From Mobula hypostoma (lineage: Eukaryota), in NCBI RefSeq assembly GCF_963921235.1, contig NC_086108.1, positions 111,044,001 to 111,108,000 on the forward strand: DNA of 64,000 nt. The letters are read 5' to 3'. Of the stretch, positions 62,514-64,000 are shown piece by piece (the stretch's first letter is position 1; each line of letters starts with the position of its first letter). The notes below the pieces were generated by a model. It did not search any database. It worked only from the letters and a program-made list of their open reading frames with translations, and was not told the origin of the DNA. Made by a program: the position numbers and the translations under genes.

Positions 62514-63689
62514 GATTGGGTCTGAAAATTTATTGCTGACAGTCAGCAGGCTGGTAAAGAAGGCATATCATACTTGTCTTCATCATTCAGGGCCATTGAG
62601 TATAAGACTAAGGTAATAATATTACAACTGAATAAAACTTTGGTTAGGCCACAGTTGGAATATTGTGTGCAGTTCTGGTCCCCCTCCCATTACTGGAAGG
62701 ACGTGGAGGCTTTGGAGAGGGTGCAGAAGAGATTCACTAAGATGTTGCCTGGATTAGAGGAAATGAACTACAAGCACAAGAGATTGTTCAGAAGTCGGAA
62801 ATCCAGAGTAACACAATGGAGGAACTCAGGAGTCAGACGTCCATGAAGAGGAATAAAGGGTCAACATTTCGAGCCAAGACCCTTCGGCAGGACTGGAAAG
62901 GAAGGGGGAGAAGCCAGGATTAGAATGTAGGGGGTTGGACAAACGAAAGTTGTTTTACCTGCGCGGAGACCTGAGAGAAGTTTATAACGTTATGACAGTC
63001 CTTTTCCCAGGGTGGATATGTCAAATACTGGAGAGCATGGCTTTAAAGCGGGGAAAAGGGAATGCTATCGAGCATTGATTTGAACAGAGAGGGGTGGATG
63101 CTTGGACCGTGCTGCCAGCTGGGCTGATGAAGCCAGATATAACAGCAACATTCTCAGAGTCATTCAGACAGACTTATAACAAAGACAGAGAAGCCAGGAG
63201 AAACATCATTTTAGGCATGGAGACGCCACGCCTCCGCTCAAAGAAAATTCAGCAACACCATGATCACAGATGACAGGGAGGAGGCTACATAGTATTGACG
63301 CCAGGACCACCAGACTAGAAAAAACAGTTACTTTCCCCAAGCAGTAAGGCGCATCAATATCCCCACCCACTAACCCACCCCCCACACCCCCGACCACCAC
63401 TATCAGCCAGTCACCCCTGTGCCTACTGTCACTCCATGGACCTACGATCAATCTATGTATATACGCTATCATATGTATTTATATTTATTGTGTTTTATTA
63501 TTATTACGCTATTCACCTTAGTGTGTGTCTCTGTGGTGCTGCATCGGATGCTGAGTAACAATGATTTCATTCTTTACACTTGTGCACTGGAAATGACATT
63601 AAACAATATCGAACTAACCGGTGTCAGAACTCGGTTTTTCACTGTACCCGCACCTCATCCTTAGTGCTCATGACGAACAAATTCTGACT

Positions 63690-64000
63690 TCATTGGCTTC
63701 CCGCACTGATGCAAGTTCGCGAGGGCGAGCCTTTTAATTCTGTTCCCGGCGCACATTTCCTCAAATGCGAGAACTCACCCTGTCTCGCCTTGGCACTGCG
63801 CCAGAGCACTTGTCTCCAGAGATCTCGCAGCACGGCCGTCGCGCTTCCCGCAGCCCTCGACCCGACCCAAGGTGAGCGGGAGAAGGAAGGAACTGCCCCG
63901 TCTCCAGGTGAGAAGTTCCCCTCACTTCACTTTGACCCTCAGTTGCTTCGCCCAGCGGGATCCGTAGCGTCCGCGCCTCTCAGCGAAGTGTCCTGGGAAT
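63690..64000. promoter_or_regulatory. Edge of a CpG-rich island, possibly the promoter or first exon of the next gene
   Basis: Abrupt rise in GC and CpG content against a CpG-depleted background, with no recognisable repeat. Donor-like AG|GTGAG sites near 63871 and 63908. Confidence 0.45.

Overview
This is eukaryotic vertebrate DNA, densely filled with retroelements. The CR1 LINE, V-SINE, Rex1, RTE and Penelope repertoire looks like a cartilaginous fish, probably a ray (inference). One host gene is supported: the last eight coding exons of a receptor-type guanylyl cyclase on the + strand (5748-23757). They cover the end of the kinase-homology domain, the coiled coil and a complete GTP-specific cyclase domain, splice in frame, and include one GC-AG intron. 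The rest is layered transposons. These include a near full-length CR1 inside a Tc1-type element and a 12-kb CR1 carrying four nested insertions with readable target-site duplications (TSDs), one of which has an intact 1010-aa ORF2. There is also a decayed R4/Dong-like element, a HERO-like fragment, a 5'-inverted L1, solo LTRs, MITEs and Penelope-type minimal hammerhead motifs. The most notable signal is in three divergent CR1 families: each ends ORF1 with the -1 frameshift heptamer U_UUA_AAC directly before the stop, with ORF2 in the -1 frame. This suggests a programmed ribosomal frameshift producing an ORF1-ORF2 fusion. Family names come from motif recognition, not database searches, and boundaries of decayed repeats are approximate.
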